Source: Eledone cirrhosa
Taxonomy: Eukaryota
Assembly (NCBI GenBank): GCA_964016885.1
Contig: OZ024747.1
Span: 88,288,001-88,352,000, forward strand
Reading direction: 5' to 3'
DNA: 64,000 bases
Shown: positions 62,456 to 64,000 of the stretch, piece by piece
Layout of the letters: every line of letters begins with the position of its first letter
How positions within the stretch are numbered: position 1 is the first letter of the stretch
Translations under genes and position numbers: made by a program
Notes under the pieces: model-generated
Seen by the model: the letters and a program-made list of their open reading frames with translations, nothing else
What the model was told of the DNA's origin: nothing
The model's database searches: none

Positions 62456-63925
62456 AATTCTACTCATATATAGTGGCTTCATTATTTGTTCGGATAAATA
62501 TGCTAAACCGATGTCACCAACCAACCAGCCCGCACACACAAATATATAATAAATGCGACTTCCTGTCTGTGTGTGGAAAAATAACTTTCTTGCTGCTGAT
62601 GTCACCCATAGGAAATTACATAGTACATGGTATTAAGTCCAAGTCAGAAATTAAATTGCATTGATGCGAATCCAAATTATCGCCGTAACCAAAATTTCAA
62701 CGTTACCTTATACACAATAAATTATATATATTTTATATATATATATATAAGTATGTATACGTACATACATATATGTATACAGACGTACAGTAGTATGTAT
62801 ATATATATACATACATGCACATATATATATATATGTACTTATGGATTCACCGAACATTTATTATAATGCTCGGTGTGTTTGTAAACAAAAATCCCGAATT
62901 AAGCCGTACAGTGTCTAGCAACCATCGTTGCTCATTTGTTCAACACTGACAAAGGAACGCTGTACTAGTTTCAAGCTTATTAGCTATCGTCAGCAACGTA
63001 TACCTTCCTGCCAGATGATTGAACGTCTGAAAGTATATGCGCGGGAATATAGAAATAATCGGGCTGGATAGCCGATCGCGCGGTTAAACCATTGGGAGTG
63101 AAGGCCCCTTAGCCTTTGTCAGGGCATTCTTCTAGGAGAAGGCAACTCAGGAAACTAGGACAACTCCGACATAAAACCTGCAGCTCAGTAGTTACTGATG
63201 ATATTGATCTTTTCTTCTTTTCGAGTTATAGCTACTGTAGCTCAGAGAGTGGGATTGGCTCAGTGCACAGTCTTTCCTCACTTTAAAAATAATCTTCACG
63301 CACAGGCATTGCACGATGGCATTAATTGATAATTATTAATAATGTTATATCGTGCAATGGCCATACTCGATAACGAGGGGGCAGCCATCATATATGTATA
63401 TATGTATGTTTATATATATGTTTATATGTATGTACGTAACGACTGCATGGATGGTTGCGTTGACTGTGTGCTGGTTGATTGCCAGATAATTCGGTGGTTG
63501 GTGAACTGTTAATATCCACAAGCAAACAGATGCAACAGTGTATGAATAACAAATCATTGTATGCACCAATATGCATGGGACATTGACAACTGTCTATTTA
63601 TCTTGCACTAGAAGTCTTAGCATTTCCTGCGTGACTGATATTTTAAATCAACACTATACTATCAAGTACTTTACAAGCAGATAAAGCTTTAAATGGTGTA
63701 TTTACGACTCATTGAATTATTAAGAATTCATGCATCTTTAAAGTTCATAAATCATAAATCTTATTAAAGTTCACAAAGTTCATAAATCTTATTCTAATAG
63801 TTGTTTGGTGCCACAAATAGAGTTATTTTCTCGAGCGTTCATGAGGTTTCCATAAATGGATAATTGGCGGTATTGACAGCTGTTTAATTTAGCTTTCGCA
63901 GAAAAAGATATATAGAAATATACAT

Positions 63926-64000
63926 AATTGTTTCTACTTTTGGCACAAGGTCAGCAATTACCCAGTACATTACTGGTACTTTATTTTATCGACCCCGTAA
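63926..64000 (-). mobile_element. SINE family A tail, cut by the window edge
   Basis: Matches the family tail and core. Confidence 0.85.

Overview
AT-rich, repeat-dense eukaryotic genomic DNA. The SINE, RTE and MITE families suggest an octopod cephalopod (inferred, not verified). One convincing protein-coding gene is present: a FASTKD5-like mitochondrial RNA-processing factor on the minus strand. It has six coding exons (22421-20903, 19502-19387, 18651-18495, 17212-17050, 15199-15067, 14685-14605) with GT-AG sites and consistent phases, giving 2169 nt / 722 aa, plus a probable first exon ending at 23571. The rest is transposon debris: tRNA-derived SINEs, RTE, CR1 and CRE-clade LINE fragments, piggyBac/hAT/Tc1-mariner MITEs, Helitrons and many (TA)n/(CA)n microsatellites. 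The most interesting non-coding signal is about 12 type I hammerhead ribozyme motifs, ranging from intact to degenerate, in short Penelope-like inserts mostly lying in or next to (TA)n tracts. Two unrelated copies carry the compensatory U3-A8 core (UUGAUAA), and one family has a conserved U-U at the base of stem II. A five-copy family of about 200-bp inserts (four of them fold-backs) carries only the 3' half of a hammerhead and has copy-specific inverted arms. Everything was read by eye; no searches or folding programs were run.
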